Counted from the stretch's first letter, positions 37,452-47,116 are shown. The stretch is DNA of 62,131 bases from an uncultured Saprospiraceae bacterium (GCA_964467315.1 CAYXSA010000012.1:1-62131), one strand, 5' to 3'. Notes: generated by a model not told the origin, from the letters alone. Numbers and translations are program-made.

Positions 37452-38804
37452 ATGCGTACTTTATTTGTTTTTGTTTTTTCGCTGCTTGCTTGTGCTGCGC
37501 TACACGCACAAGGCGAAAATTGGCGCTGGGCATACCAAGCTCCTGACAGTATCGAAATTGATTGGCGCTATTACTACCAAGCTGAGCGCATCGTTTTTAA
37601 AGATAAAAAAAGCCAGCTCTACGGCTATATTGATACGACGGGTCGCCTGATTTTGCCCGCCGTGTACCAAGACCTGCCCAATTCTATTTATCCCAGCTGG
37701 CACGCTACCGCCCGCCAAGCTGGAAAATGGGGCATTATCGACCATAATCTACAGTGGGTAAGCCCGCCCCAATACGAAGCAATACAATCCATCTGGCTTG
37801 TAGGCGATGATATCAGCATAGCCACTTTTCGTATCGCTGTCAAAATAAAAGGCAAATGGGGAGTCCTCAACGGTGAAGGCAAATACACCGTAGAACCCAT
37901 TTATGACGAAATGCATCCCCCCTATTTCCATCAACCCTTTGCAGCCAAAAAAGGCGATAAATGGGGACTTATCGATGCAGCAGGAAAAACTATTCTGCCC
38001 TTCGATTATTTTCGCCCGCCCTATTACGTCGACAAAAATTTACGCTTTGTCCCCAAACCTGGTATGCTCCTACCCGAAGGCGAAGAAGAACCCAACCAAT
38101 GGTTTGAAGAAGAAGTACCCTACGCCCTTGCCGACGCTACAGGCAAGCCCCTAAGCGATTTTTTGTATAATTTTTACCCTTCCGTAAGCCCCCAAAATGG
38201 ACTTATCTGTGTACAAAAAGGCGACAAATACGGCTACATCAATACCAAAGGCAAGGAAATCATTGCGCCGCAATATGCCAGCGCCTTTGATTTTGGCGAT
38301 GGTGTAGCCTGCGTACAAATAGACGATGAGAAATATATCCTTATCGACCCCAAAGGCAAACAAATTTCGAACCTGATTTTGGAGGAACTTTTTTGGTCGT
38401 ATAAGAAAAAAGGCTTTGCCAAGCAGGGCGGCAAATGGGGCGTATTGAGCAGTAAAGGAAAATGGATACTGCAGCCTACTTTTGATGAAGAACCATGGAT
38501 TGCAACCGATGGACTACGCTATGCCCCCAAAGATGGAAAATACGGCTACATCAATGCAAAAGACTATACATGGCGCATCAAACCCCAATACGAAAAGTGC
38601 GATGCATTCAGCAATGGCATAGCCCTTGCCAAACAAAGCGGCAAATGGGGCTATATCGACTGTGCAGGCGAATGGCTCATTAAGCCCACTTTTGATGAGG
38701 CATCGGATATGCAGGATAATACCGCTATCGTAGAAATTGACGGAAAAATGGGCATCATTCGCTATACAGGCAAAGCCCAAATGCCCTGCGACAAAAAAAA
38801 GTAG
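37452..38804 (+). CDS. WG-repeat-containing protein (KWG or WG_beta_rep), secreted
   Basis: Repeated GKWG(V/L/Y)I(D/N) motifs (at least 8) and a signal peptide. Confidence 0.8.
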   Translation: MRTLFVFVFSLLACAALHAQGENWRWAYQAPDSIEIDWRYYYQAERIVFKDKKSQLYGYIDTTGRLILPAVYQDLPNSIYPSWHATARQAGKWGIIDHNLQWVSPPQYEAIQSIWLVGDDISIATFRIAVKIKGKWGVLNGEGKYTVEPIYDEMHPPYFHQPFAAKKGDKWGLIDAAGKTILPFDYFRPPYYVDKNLRFVPKPGMLLPEGEEEPNQWFEEEVPYALADATGKPLSDFLYNFYPSVSPQNGLICVQKGDKYGYINTKGKEIIAPQYASAFDFGDGVACVQIDDEKYILIDPKGKQISNLILEELFWSYKKKGFAKQGGKWGVLSSKGKWILQPTFDEEPWIATDGLRYAPKDGKYGYINAKDYTWRIKPQYEKCDAFSNGIALAKQSGKWGYIDCAGEWLIKPTFDEASDMQDNTAIVEIDGKMGIIRYTGKAQMPCDKKK

Positions 38805-38837
38805 GGCAGAGCGCAAACGATAAAAATTAAATTCGCT

Positions 38838-38872
38838 GCCCCCTGCCCCCTTTGCTGGGCAGGGGGATTTTT
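38838..38872 (+). terminator. Rho-independent terminator after the WG-repeat gene, abutting the repeat inner end
   Basis: CCCCCTGCCCCCTTTGCTGGGCAGGGGG followed by ATTTTTTTT. Confidence 0.6.
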
Positions 38873-38875
38873 TTT

Positions 38876-39012
38876 GCGTGAGGGATAGCAATGTAGGGGC
38901 AGACCCATGTGTCTGCCCTTTGGGGCAGCACAGGGCAGACCCGCAATGGATAGCCCGACCCTGCGACCTTTAAGCGCGTTAGCGCGGGGAGCAGGGGCAC
39001 GCCCCAAAAAAA
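38876..39012 (-). repeat. Palindromic repeat family, R orientation, with the GGGGCAGACC...GTCTGCCC module variant
   Basis: GCGTGAGGGATAGCAATGTAGGGGCAGACCCATGTGTCTGCCC...GGATAGCCCGACCCTGCGACCTTTAAGCGC...GGGGCACGCCCCAAAAAAA. Confidence 0.85.
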
Positions 39013-39018
39013 CAAAAG

Positions 39019-40371
39019 CTATTCCCAAACTCTACAGCCCGACCAAGTACCCGAACTCATCAAGAGCAGCGCTACGGGCGCTCCAAATGCCGATTTTTGT
39101 TGGGTTTGTAGCCATTTTTGCAACTCTTCGGCATGGGTGAAAATTTGCAAATCTTCTTGCTCGAAGGCGCTACGAATTTGCTCAAAACTAAGGGCAGGTA
39201 GCCGTTTTTGTTGCAGCGTATGCGGGCTAAAATAGACTGCGCAAGCATCGGCAAGCGATAAAGAGCGGGCATACTGCGGCAAAAAATCGGCATTGAGCGA
39301 GCTAAACGTATGCAGCTCGAAAGCGGCTACGAGCCTATGGCGCGGGTACTGCTCGCGTAGCGCCTGCACTGTAGCGCGTACCTTCGAGGGGGCGTGCGCA
39401 AAATCGCTAAACACCAAATGCCCGCCGCTATCTACAAGTTTTTGCAGCCTGCGCGCCGCGCCCGAAAAGCCTGAAAGCGCCGCATCTACAGCGTTTTGCT
39501 CCAAACCCAAAGCCGCCAAAATGAGCCGCGCCGCCTGCATATTGCGCATATTGTGCCCGCCGAAAATGCGCAAAGGATACTCCTGCCCGCCCTGCAAAAA
39601 GGTTATTCCTTCTGCATTTATGCGATGCGGCGCAGCAAAATAGGGCGTAAAAAATAGGTCTTTGCGCCCCACAAAATCCACCAAATTGGCAGCCTCCGCG
39701 CTTTGGGCATCATAAAAAAGCTGCGCCCCAGCAGGCAGCGTAGCGATGAAATCGCCGAAGGCGCGCAGATAGCTTTCCAAAGTCGGAAAAACGTTGAAAT
39801 GGTCATGCTCTATGCCCGTAATTACGGCAAAATGCGGCGCATAATGCAGCATTTTTGGGCGCGCATCTATGGGCGAAGATAAGTATTCATCGGCTTCCAC
39901 GACCATATAGGGGGCGCTATCGCTTAGGCGTACCATGCAATCAAAGCCCTCCACAGCAGCCCCTACAGCATAATCAAAATCTATCCCCAAGCGGCGCAGC
40001 GCGTGCATAATCATCGCCGTAGTGGTCGTTTTGCCATGACTGCCCGCGATGGCGATGCGCGTTTTTCGCTCGCTGTGCTGCCGCAAAAATTCGGGATAGG
40101 AACAAATGCGCAAACCCAAACGCTGCGCGGCGAGCAATTCGGGATTATCGGCGCGGGCGTGCATACCAATAATGACCAAATCCAAATCCTTGCGTATACG
40201 CTCCGCCTGCCAGCCCAGCGTTTCGGGCAGCAAGTTGGCAGACTGCAAACGCGAGCGCGAGGGTTCGTAAATTTCGTCGTCGCTGCCCGTTACCGAGCAA
40301 CCTTGCGCCTGTAGCGCCAGCGCCAAATTGTGCATTAAAGCGCCGCCGATGGCGATAAGATGGACTTTCAT
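39019..40371 (-). CDS. mpl: UDP-N-acetylmuramate:L-alanyl-gamma-D-glutamyl-meso-DAP ligase (Mur ligase family)
   Basis: MKVHLIAIGGALMHNLALAL..., GSHGKTTTT P-loop, about 450 aa. Confidence 0.75.
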   Translation of the reverse strand: MKVHLIAIGGALMHNLALALQAQGCSVTGSDDEIYEPSRSRLQSANLLPETLGWQAERIRKDLDLVIIGMHARADNPELLAAQRLGLRICSYPEFLRQHSERKTRIAIAGSHGKTTTTAMIMHALRRLGIDFDYAVGAAVEGFDCMVRLSDSAPYMVVEADEYLSSPIDARPKMLHYAPHFAVITGIEHDHFNVFPTLESYLRAFGDFIATLPAGAQLFYDAQSAEAANLVDFVGRKDLFFTPYFAAPHRINAEGITFLQGGQEYPLRIFGGHNMRNMQAARLILAALGLEQNAVDAALSGFSGAARRLQKLVDSGGHLVFSDFAHAPSKVRATVQALREQYPRHRLVAAFELHTFSSLNADFLPQYARSLSLADACAVYFSPHTLQQKRLPALSFEQIRSAFEQEDLQIFTHAEELQKWLQTQQKSAFGAPVALLLMSSGTWSGCRVWE

Positions 40372-40466
40372 GCTTATTTTTTTGAAAAAAAGGCGAAAAA
40401 TTTGCCGCCTAAGCTGTTTTATGTTATCTTTGTTGCTAAGATATATTTACACTAAGATAATTAAAG

Positions 40467-40928
40467 ATGGAACAATTGGAAAATATCCAGCAACTTAGGC
40501 AGGCGAGTAAGGCGTATTCTGATGCGCTTGTTTTTATGCATGAGGCGATAGCGCAGGCGGCGGGCTTATCGGGTGCAGACCATAAGTATTTGGGGATATT
40601 GGTAGAGCACGGAGCGATGACGGCAGGCGATTTGGCGCGCTATACGGGTTTGACGACGGGAGCGATAACGGGGCTTATCGACCGCTTGGAGCGGCGCGGC
40701 TTGGTGGAGCGGCAGGCAGCGGCAGGCGATAGGCGCAAAATTTTGGTGTTTCCCAAGCAGGAGAACATTATGCAGCTTTTGCAGCCCTTATTTGGGGGGA
40801 TTCACGCTGCTACGGCTCGGCTTTTGGAGACCTTTACAGCGGAAGAGTTGGCGACGATTGCGCGTTATTTTGTATCGGCGACTGCCCTGATGAAGGAAGA
40901 AACTAACAAAATTCAAGAACAATTATGA
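40467..40928 (+). CDS. MarR-family transcriptional regulator
   Basis: Winged-HTH LGILVEHGAMTAGDLARYTGLTTGAITGLIDRLERRGLVER. Confidence 0.85.
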   Translation: MEQLENIQQLRQASKAYSDALVFMHEAIAQAAGLSGADHKYLGILVEHGAMTAGDLARYTGLTTGAITGLIDRLERRGLVERQAAAGDRRKILVFPKQENIMQLLQPLFGGIHAATARLLETFTAEELATIARYFVSATALMKEETNKIQEQL

Positions 40929-41431
40929 TGGGTGATTTTTCGATAGAGTATCTTGAAAGAGCCGAAATATGGCTTTTTTCTTCTACTTTATTGTATTTTT
41001 TAATGAATGGGGCGCAGATTTTCGAGACTTTAGTTTTTGTGCCCAAGTGGGCAGCAACACCGCCGCAGAGCTTACATTTGCTTGCTGACCGCAACGGTGT
41101 AAGCTTAAAATCCTTCTGGATAGGCTTACATTCGCTACACGAGATAACGTTTTTTCTTGCATTAGCTTTTTGCTGGCAGATAGACTGTATTAGAGATTGG
41201 CTTATTTTGTTGTTGGTGCTGCATTTTGCGTTGCGGGCTTGGACAATTTTGTATTTTGCGCCGCAGATTATGCGTTTTGAACGGGAAGCGCTGGGGGAGG
41301 ATTCTATAGATTTGCGGCGGCGTGCCATTCGTTGGCAGCGGCTAAATTACTTCCGCGTGGCTGTTTATTTACTAATTTCTTTGGCTTTCTTGCCTTTATG
41401 CGCAGAAATTTGGCAGTTAGCGCGGAATTGA
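40925..41431 (+). CDS. Hypothetical integral membrane protein, co-operonic with the MarR gene (4-nt overlap)
   Basis: Four predicted transmembrane segments; no family recognised with confidence. Confidence 0.55.
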   Translation: MMGDFSIEYLERAEIWLFSSTLLYFLMNGAQIFETLVFVPKWAATPPQSLHLLADRNGVSLKSFWIGLHSLHEITFFLALAFCWQIDCIRDWLILLLVLHFALRAWTILYFAPQIMRFEREALGEDSIDLRRRAIRWQRLNYFRVAVYLLISLAFLPLCAEIWQLARN

Positions 41432-41461
41432 GGGCAATTTTCAAAAAAAGTAGACAAAAAA

Positions 41462-41495
41462 TTTGCACACTTTATAGAAAGGGCGTACATTTGCC
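41462..41495 (+). promoter_or_regulatory. Candidate Bacteroidetes-type promoter for the tRNA (TTTG ... TAcaTTTG)
   Basis: TTTGCACAC...GTACATTTGCC ending about 20 nt upstream of the tRNA 5' end. Confidence 0.35.
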
Positions 41496-41513
41496 TCACT
41501 AAGCTACAAACAA

Positions 41514-41584
41514 GGTCGGGTGGCCGAGTGGCTAGGCAAGGCTCTGCAAAAGCTTGTACAGCGGTTCGAATCCGCTCTCGACCT
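41514..41584 (+). tRNA. tRNA-Cys (anticodon GCA)
   Basis: Acceptor stem GGTCGGG/CTCGACC, anticodon loop CTGCAAA, T-arm AGCGG-TTCGAAT-CCGCT, U73 discriminator typical of tRNA-Cys, 4-nt variable loop, CCA not encoded. Confidence 0.8.
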
Positions 41585-41589
41585 CAAAA

Positions 41590-41640
41590 AACACAAAAAC
41601 CTCCGAAAACAGCGATGTTTTCGGAGGTTTTTGTGTTTTA
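41590..41640. terminator. Bidirectional rho-independent terminator between the tRNA-Cys and the convergent peptidase gene
   Basis: AACCTCCGAAAACAGCGATGTTTTCGGAGGTT followed by TTTGTGTTTT. Confidence 0.7.
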
Positions 41641-41642
41641 CC

Positions 41643-42896
41643 TTAAACCAAAGCAGCTTGGAAGTGCATAAAGTCGAAGCCTGTGCTACTCCAGCGCCCC
41701 AAACTATACCAGCCATATTTTTCCAAAATATCAACAAAGGCTTGATAAGGTGCTTGAGCAAAAAGCGCATCGCCTCCCGTATCTTCGTAGCCGTTGAAAG
41801 TAGCGCAGATGTCGATAGCGATACCCCAAGCGTGCGTAGAAGGCGTAACCATTGCGCGGATTTCGTCCTCCGTTTTGTCTTTCATTTTTTTCTTGCTGAT
41901 GGTCGTATTCCGAAACACCCAAGAGCCACTAAAAGAATTGAGCCCTAAAGCCTGCACTTTCTCTGCCCCATAAAAACTAAAAATTTCGTCCAGCGCCATC
42001 TTGAGCGAAGCGGCTACTTTTTTGTGTACGCTGATGCTTTTGTTATTGAAAAGTGGCGATTTTACGCTGGTGATATTCGCAGCAAAAGCGGCTTTTGCTT
42101 TGGGGTCTGCTTCTATTTTCAGTTCGCGGATAGTGATTTTGCTGGGGTCTACGTAGCCGTAGACCTTATCCAATTCGCTGCGAGTTTGCTTAGAGCGGGC
42201 TATTTGCGCCTTGCCTTGCACGTAGGCTTTCACGTCGGCGGGTATGCCTTCTGCGCCTTTTACTTCTGTGCGGGGCTTACTTTCCAGAAAACAGGGCGAG
42301 CCTGCGGCGTTGGATTTGGCGATAATTTCCGCCACTTGTTCGGGTGTGGCGGTGATGCGTGCGGCTGCATCTGCTGCCCGTTTGCCATTTGCCCAAGCGC
42401 CTGTACGAATGATTTCGGTGGCTTGTGGCAGCTTAGCATTGGGGGCGGGAGTCTGCGGATTGGGTATTTCTTTGCCAGTGGGCACTATGACAACTGGGTC
42501 GGGCTTGGGTGTGGGGTTGGTATTGCCGCCCGTGTTGGGGGTAGGGCTGCTGCCGCCTGAAAGATGCTGCCATGTTTTTCCGCCTACGTCGATGCGTCCG
42601 TCGGGTTTGCTCGAACCCACTACAGTTTGCTGAAATTTCACTATCGCCGCTATCGTCAGCTTGCCGCAAGCGCCGTCTTCGCTCAAGCCCGCATTCATGC
42701 GCTTGTTGAGCAACTGCTGCACCAAAATAACATCGGCTTTGTTGTTGTCGCCTTTATTGCCGACAGAGCCGCTAATGTTCTTCACAGGCGCGGCTTTTTC
42801 TTCCACAGGCGGGGGCGTAGTACCCGTTAGGGCTGCCATGATTTGCTTGTACTGCTCCGCCAAAGCGCTGATTTGCTGCTTAAATTCTTCAAACAT
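41643..42896 (-). CDS. Peptidoglycan-binding domain protein with a C-terminal LAS/M15-like (VanY/D-Ala-D-Ala carboxypeptidase-type) metallopeptidase domain; no signal peptide
   Basis: PG_binding_1-like LVQQLLNKRMNAGLSEDGACGKLTIAAIVKFQ; Pro/Thr linker; STHAWGIAIDI (HxxGxAxD) and C-terminal FDFMHF histidine. Confidence 0.6.
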   Translation of the reverse strand: MFEEFKQQISALAEQYKQIMAALTGTTPPPVEEKAAPVKNISGSVGNKGDNNKADVILVQQLLNKRMNAGLSEDGACGKLTIAAIVKFQQTVVGSSKPDGRIDVGGKTWQHLSGGSSPTPNTGGNTNPTPKPDPVVIVPTGKEIPNPQTPAPNAKLPQATEIIRTGAWANGKRAADAAARITATPEQVAEIIAKSNAAGSPCFLESKPRTEVKGAEGIPADVKAYVQGKAQIARSKQTRSELDKVYGYVDPSKITIRELKIEADPKAKAAFAANITSVKSPLFNNKSISVHKKVAASLKMALDEIFSFYGAEKVQALGLNSFSGSWVFRNTTISKKKMKDKTEDEIRAMVTPSTHAWGIAIDICATFNGYEDTGGDALFAQAPYQAFVDILEKYGWYSLGRWSSTGFDFMHFQAALV

Positions 42897-43003
42897 GGGT
42901 GTATTATTTTTGCGTAGGTAAATGACTGATTTTCAAGCCGCTATATTACGATTTTTTTCGCATCTGTGCAAGCCTTCTATAATCTGTGTCCTTTATTTTA
43001 GGC

Positions 43004-43117
43004 TTTTTTGTTTTGGGCGTGCCCGCGCCGCTAAAAAGGCGGCGCGGTCGGGCTATTCGGGGCGTATCATCATCGCCCAAATGGGCGAATGTTGATTCGC
43101 CCCTACTATCCCTCACG
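43004..43117 (+). repeat. Palindromic repeat family, F orientation; pairs with 44031-44149 and brackets an FkbM methyltransferase gene
   Basis: TTTTTTGTTTTGGGCGTGCCCGCGCC...GGCGCGGTCGGGCTATTCGGGGCGTATCATCATCGCCCAAATGGGCGAATGTTGATTCGCCCCTACTATCCCTCACGC. Confidence 0.85.
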
Positions 43118-43238
43118 CAAAGCGCGCCGCAAAGGCGGCGCGCTGCTCCAAATAAAGCATTTTCTTGCAAATTCGTCATTTGTCGTTCGTCATTCGTCAT
43201 TCCTTCGCTATCTTTGCGCCGCAAATAAATAGCAACGA

Positions 43239-43988
43239 ATGAAAAGCTTTTTCAAAAAAATCGCCGAAACGCTGGTAAATTGGTATATCGCCCCGCTCGA
43301 ATGGAGCGATACGCTGGGACTTTACGCCAAAGGGCGACTGCTGCACTATAAGGAAGAACATATACTTTCGCTTATACATTTCATCAGCCGCAACGAAAAA
43401 AATGTAGCCGATAGCGAAATCATCGTAGACGCAGGCGTATTCAAAGGCGGCGTATCGGCGATTTTTGCGCGCAGCTTCCCCAAAAATCCCGTCATCGGCT
43501 TCGAGCCGATTCCGCACCACTGCCAACGCTCCCAAACCTTCTGCGCCAAATACCCGAACGTCAATATACTCAATATGGCGCTTTCCGATAGCACAGGCGA
43601 GCAGACTTTTCATGTAGCTACGACGGCTTCAGCCTCTTCCCTCAATCCCATCGCGCAAAGCGAACGCTACAGCCTTGCACAGTCCATACAAGTAAAAACC
43701 ATCACCCTCGACGACTATTTCAATGCAGGGCAAAAGCTGCTTTGCATCAAACTCGATATCGAAGGCTACGAACTCGCCGTATTGCGCGCAGGCATAGAGA
43801 CCCTCAAACGCACTCGCTACGTCGTCGCCGAGATGAACAACCACCAAGAACACGAAAACGAATGCCAATACTACGAAGTAGACGAATTTCTACGCGCGCA
43901 AGGTTTTCATCTCGTGATTATTCGCTCTGGCTACAATCATCAGGGGCTGATGCAATACGACGCTGTATATAAAAATACAAAATACTAA
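43239..43988 (+). CDS. FkbM-family methyltransferase
   Basis: VDAGVFKGG ... GFEPIP ... ALSDSTGE motifs of the Methyltransf_21/FkbM family. Confidence 0.75.
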   Translation: MKSFFKKIAETLVNWYIAPLEWSDTLGLYAKGRLLHYKEEHILSLIHFISRNEKNVADSEIIVDAGVFKGGVSAIFARSFPKNPVIGFEPIPHHCQRSQTFCAKYPNVNILNMALSDSTGEQTFHVATTASASSLNPIAQSERYSLAQSIQVKTITLDDYFNAGQKLLCIKLDIEGYELAVLRAGIETLKRTRYVVAEMNNHQEHENECQYYEVDEFLRAQGFHLVIIRSGYNHQGLMQYDAVYKNTKY

Positions 43989-44030
43989 AAATGCAGGCTG
44001 CGCCCCTTTGGCGCAGCCTGCGCCATATTT

Positions 44031-44149
44031 TGCGTGAGGGATAGTAGGGGCGCTGTAGGGACGTAGCATGCTACGCCCCTACAGCGCCCCGCATAGCCCG
44101 ACCGCTGCCCCCTTTTTGGGGCAGCGGGCACGCCCAAAAAAAAATATCA
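44031..44149 (-). repeat. Palindromic repeat family, R orientation; preceded by hairpin 44000-44030
   Basis: GCGTGAGGGATAGTAGGGGCGCTGTAGGGACGTAGCATGCTACGCCCCTACAGCGCCCCGCATAGCCCGACC...GGGCACGCCCAAAAAAAAA. Confidence 0.85.
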
Positions 44150-44169
44150 CCCGCACAATATTTTTCGCA

Positions 44170-46182
44170 ATGCCTTTCCAACTTCAGACGACTTACCAGC
44201 CTTCGGGCGACCAGCCGAAAGCCATCGCGCAACTTGTCGAGGGCATACAACGCGGCGAGCGCTATCAATGTCTGCTCGGCGTTACGGGTTCGGGCAAAAC
44301 CTTTACGATGGCGAACCTCATCGCGCAGACCCAACGCCCAACCCTGATTTTGAGCCATAATAAAACGCTGACAGCGCAGTTGTACGGCGAATTTAAGCAA
44401 TTTTTCCCCAATAGCGCGGTGGAGTATTTTGTGTCGTATTACGACTATTATCAGCCCGAAGCATACATAGCGGCGACGGATACTTATATAGAAAAAGACC
44501 TCGCCATCAATGCAGAAATCGAAAAATTGCGCCTGCGCACGACTACGCAACTGCTTTCGGGGCGCTCCGATGTTATCGTGGTGGCTTCCGTGTCTTGCAT
44601 CTACGGTATGGGCAACCCCGAAGACTATAAAAGCGGGATAATTCGGCTACAAATCGGCGAAAAAATTAGCAGAAATCAGCTCTTGTATAGGCTCGTCGAT
44701 GCGCTATACTCGCGCACGGAGCTGGAATTTACGAAGGGAACCTTCCGCGTGAAGGGCGATACGCTGGATATTCATCTGCCTTATGTCGATTATGGCTATC
44801 GCATCACCTTTTTCGGCGATGAAATCGAGGATATCGAACTTTTGGACGTGAATACAAGCAAAACCAACGGCTCTACGCAGGCTGTAGCTATCTTTCCCGC
44901 CAATCTATACATAGCGCCAAAGGAGAAAATGCTGCAAATCGTGCATAGCATTCAGGACGAATTGCGCACGCAAATCGATTTTCTGGAGTCGGAATACCGC
45001 CACGAAGAGGCGGCGCGGCTCAAAGAGCGGGTAGATTTGGATTTGGAGATGATGCGGCAGGTCGGCTACTGCTCTGGGATAGAAAACTATTCGCGCTTTT
45101 TCGACGGTAGACCGCAAGGTGTGCGTCCTTTTTGCCTTTTGGACTATTTTCCCGACGATTTTTTGACGATAATCGATGAGAGCCATGTTACTTTGCCGCA
45201 ATTTCGGGCGATGTTTGGCGGCGATAGAGCGCGCAAAATGACGCTTATTGATCATGGTTTCCGTTTGCCTTCGGCATTGGACAATCGCCCCCTGAATTTT
45301 GATGAATTTGAGTCCTTCCAAAACCAAGTTATCTACGTCAGCGCCACGCCGAGCGACTACGAATTGCAGAAAACGGGCGGCGTAGTCGTAGAGCAAATCG
45401 TGCGCCCGACGGGTTTGCTCGACCCGCTCATAGAGGTACGCCCTACGACCAACCAAATCGACGACCTCTTGCACGAAATTCGTCTACGAGCAGAGCGCAA
45501 CGAGCGCGTTTTGGTTACGACCATCACCAAACGCATGGCTGAAGAGCTTGCTAAGTACTTCGCCCGCGTGCAAGTGCGTTGCCGATACATACACGCGGAC
45601 GTAGATACGATGGAGCGGGTAGAGATTTTGCGCGATTTGCGGCTGGGGGAATTTGATGTTTTGATAGGCATCAATCTTTTGCGCGAGGGTTTGGACTTGC
45701 CTGAAGTGTCGCTGGTGGCGATTTTGGACGCAGATAAGGAGGGTTTTTTGAGAAATGAACGCTCTCTAACGCAAACAGCAGGGCGCGCGGCGCGCAATTC
45801 AGAAGGGAAAGTTATATTTTACGCCGATAAAACTACACCTTCTATGCAGCGAACTATAGACGAGAGTTTGCGGCGCAGAAATATACAGATGGAGTACAAC
45901 AAACTGCACAATATCACCCCGACGACGGTGCATAAAAGCCGTCAACAAATCTTGGAACAGTCTTCTGTCTTGGGTCGAAAACCGTTTATTGAAGACGTTT
46001 TCGAGGAGGCGGAAAATTCGAGTTTGCGCATAGACCCGATTGTGCAAAAGATGTCGCCCCAGCAATTGGAAAAAGCCATTGCGCAGGCTAAAGCCAATAT
46101 GCAAAAAGCCGTAAAAGAGCAAGATTTTTTGACTGCGGCACAGTTCCGCGATGAAATGTTAGCCTTGCAAAAACTCTTGTAA
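44170..46182 (+). CDS. uvrB: Excinuclease ABC subunit B
   Basis: GVTGSGKTFTMA Walker A, helicase motifs, C-terminal UVR domain; the ORF's 5' extension runs into the repeat, so the start is set at MPFQLQT. Confidence 0.95.
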   Translation: MPFQLQTTYQPSGDQPKAIAQLVEGIQRGERYQCLLGVTGSGKTFTMANLIAQTQRPTLILSHNKTLTAQLYGEFKQFFPNSAVEYFVSYYDYYQPEAYIAATDTYIEKDLAINAEIEKLRLRTTTQLLSGRSDVIVVASVSCIYGMGNPEDYKSGIIRLQIGEKISRNQLLYRLVDALYSRTELEFTKGTFRVKGDTLDIHLPYVDYGYRITFFGDEIEDIELLDVNTSKTNGSTQAVAIFPANLYIAPKEKMLQIVHSIQDELRTQIDFLESEYRHEEAARLKERVDLDLEMMRQVGYCSGIENYSRFFDGRPQGVRPFCLLDYFPDDFLTIIDESHVTLPQFRAMFGGDRARKMTLIDHGFRLPSALDNRPLNFDEFESFQNQVIYVSATPSDYELQKTGGVVVEQIVRPTGLLDPLIEVRPTTNQIDDLLHEIRLRAERNERVLVTTITKRMAEELAKYFARVQVRCRYIHADVDTMERVEILRDLRLGEFDVLIGINLLREGLDLPEVSLVAILDADKEGFLRNERSLTQTAGRAARNSEGKVIFYADKTTPSMQRTIDESLRRRNIQMEYNKLHNITPTTVHKSRQQILEQSSVLGRKPFIEDVFEEAENSSLRIDPIVQKMSPQQLEKAIAQAKANMQKAVKEQDFLTAAQFRDEMLALQKLL

Positions 46183-46209
46183 ATACCCAGTTTACCTAAA
46201 TTTTCTACT

Positions 46210-47001
46210 ATGAACGAAGCCAAACTAAGCGACGGCACCCGCGTCTATTGCCTGCGCTCGCAGGAAGCCCTTGTATTGGACAGCCACGTAGAGGGCTACT
46301 TGCAGCACGGCATAGATATAGAAGACGGGGATATTATTTTCGATGTGGGCGCAAATATCGGTATGTTTGGGGCGCGGGCTTTTCAGCGTTTCAAAAATCT
46401 GCGCGTATTTGCGTTTGAGCCGATACCCGATATACATAAGGTGTTGAGTGCCAACGCGATGAAGTTTGGCGGCAAGGCTTATCATGCTTTGAATTGCGGC
46501 TTGAGCGATAAGGCGGGCGAGCTGAATTTTACTTATTATCCGAATGCGCCTGCGCTGTCTACGGCGCATGGTAGCGACTGGGAAAAGAACCCAAACGAGT
46601 TTAAGGAGGCTGTAGCGGGCAGCCTGCGCACTGCGCCGATGTGGTACGCGCGTTTTATTCCGCGTTTCCTGACGGGCTTTATTGCGCGGCGTTTGCGTGC
46701 CAATTCGCAGGAAGTGCGCTGCCCTTTGCGCACGATTTCCGAAATCGTAGACGAGCATCAACTACCGCGCATCGACCTGCTGAAAATTGATTGCGAGGGC
46801 GCGGAACTCGCCGTTTTACAGGGCATTCGCGCCGAGCATTGGGCGAATATCCGCAAGGCGGTAATTGAGGTACATGACATCGACGGGCGTTTGCAGACCA
46901 TCGAAAATTTGCTTCGCCAGCAGGGTTTTACGCATATCGTCGCCGAAAAAGAGGCGGGATTTGAAAAAACGTCTATGACGAATTTGTTTGCGCATCGTTA
47001 A
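46210..47001 (+). CDS. FkbM-family methyltransferase, paralogue of 43239-43988
   Basis: IIFDVGANIGMFG ... AFEPIP ... CGLSDKAGE. Confidence 0.8.
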   Translation: MNEAKLSDGTRVYCLRSQEALVLDSHVEGYLQHGIDIEDGDIIFDVGANIGMFGARAFQRFKNLRVFAFEPIPDIHKVLSANAMKFGGKAYHALNCGLSDKAGELNFTYYPNAPALSTAHGSDWEKNPNEFKEAVAGSLRTAPMWYARFIPRFLTGFIARRLRANSQEVRCPLRTISEIVDEHQLPRIDLLKIDCEGAELAVLQGIRAEHWANIRKAVIEVHDIDGRLQTIENLLRQQGFTHIVAEKEAGFEKTSMTNLFAHR

Positions 47002-47002
47002 T

Positions 47003-47116
47003 TTTTTTTGGGCGTGCCCGCGCCGCCAAAAAGGGCGGCGCGGTCGGGCTATGCGGGGCATATCACCATCGCCCCAAAAGGGGCGAATGTTGATTCGCCC
47101 CTACTATCCCTCACGC
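47003..47116 (+). repeat. Palindromic repeat family, F orientation; 'empty' pair with 47237-47366, spacer about 120 bp
   Basis: TTTTTTTTGGGCGTGCCCGCGCC...GGCGCGGTCGGGCTATGCGGGGCATATCACCATCGCCCCAAAAGGGGCGAATGTTGATTCGCCCCTACTATCCCTCACGC. Confidence 0.85.

Noticed and set aside
44068-44169. Long 5' extensions of uvrB (from 44068), alaS (from 58903), the S41 peptidase ORF (from 54989), holA, fmt, the TlpA-like gene and the lipoprotein at 47374
   Set aside because: The extensions run through repeat elements or lack homology. Conserved N-termini and signal peptides begin at the internal Met, so the starts were trimmed.
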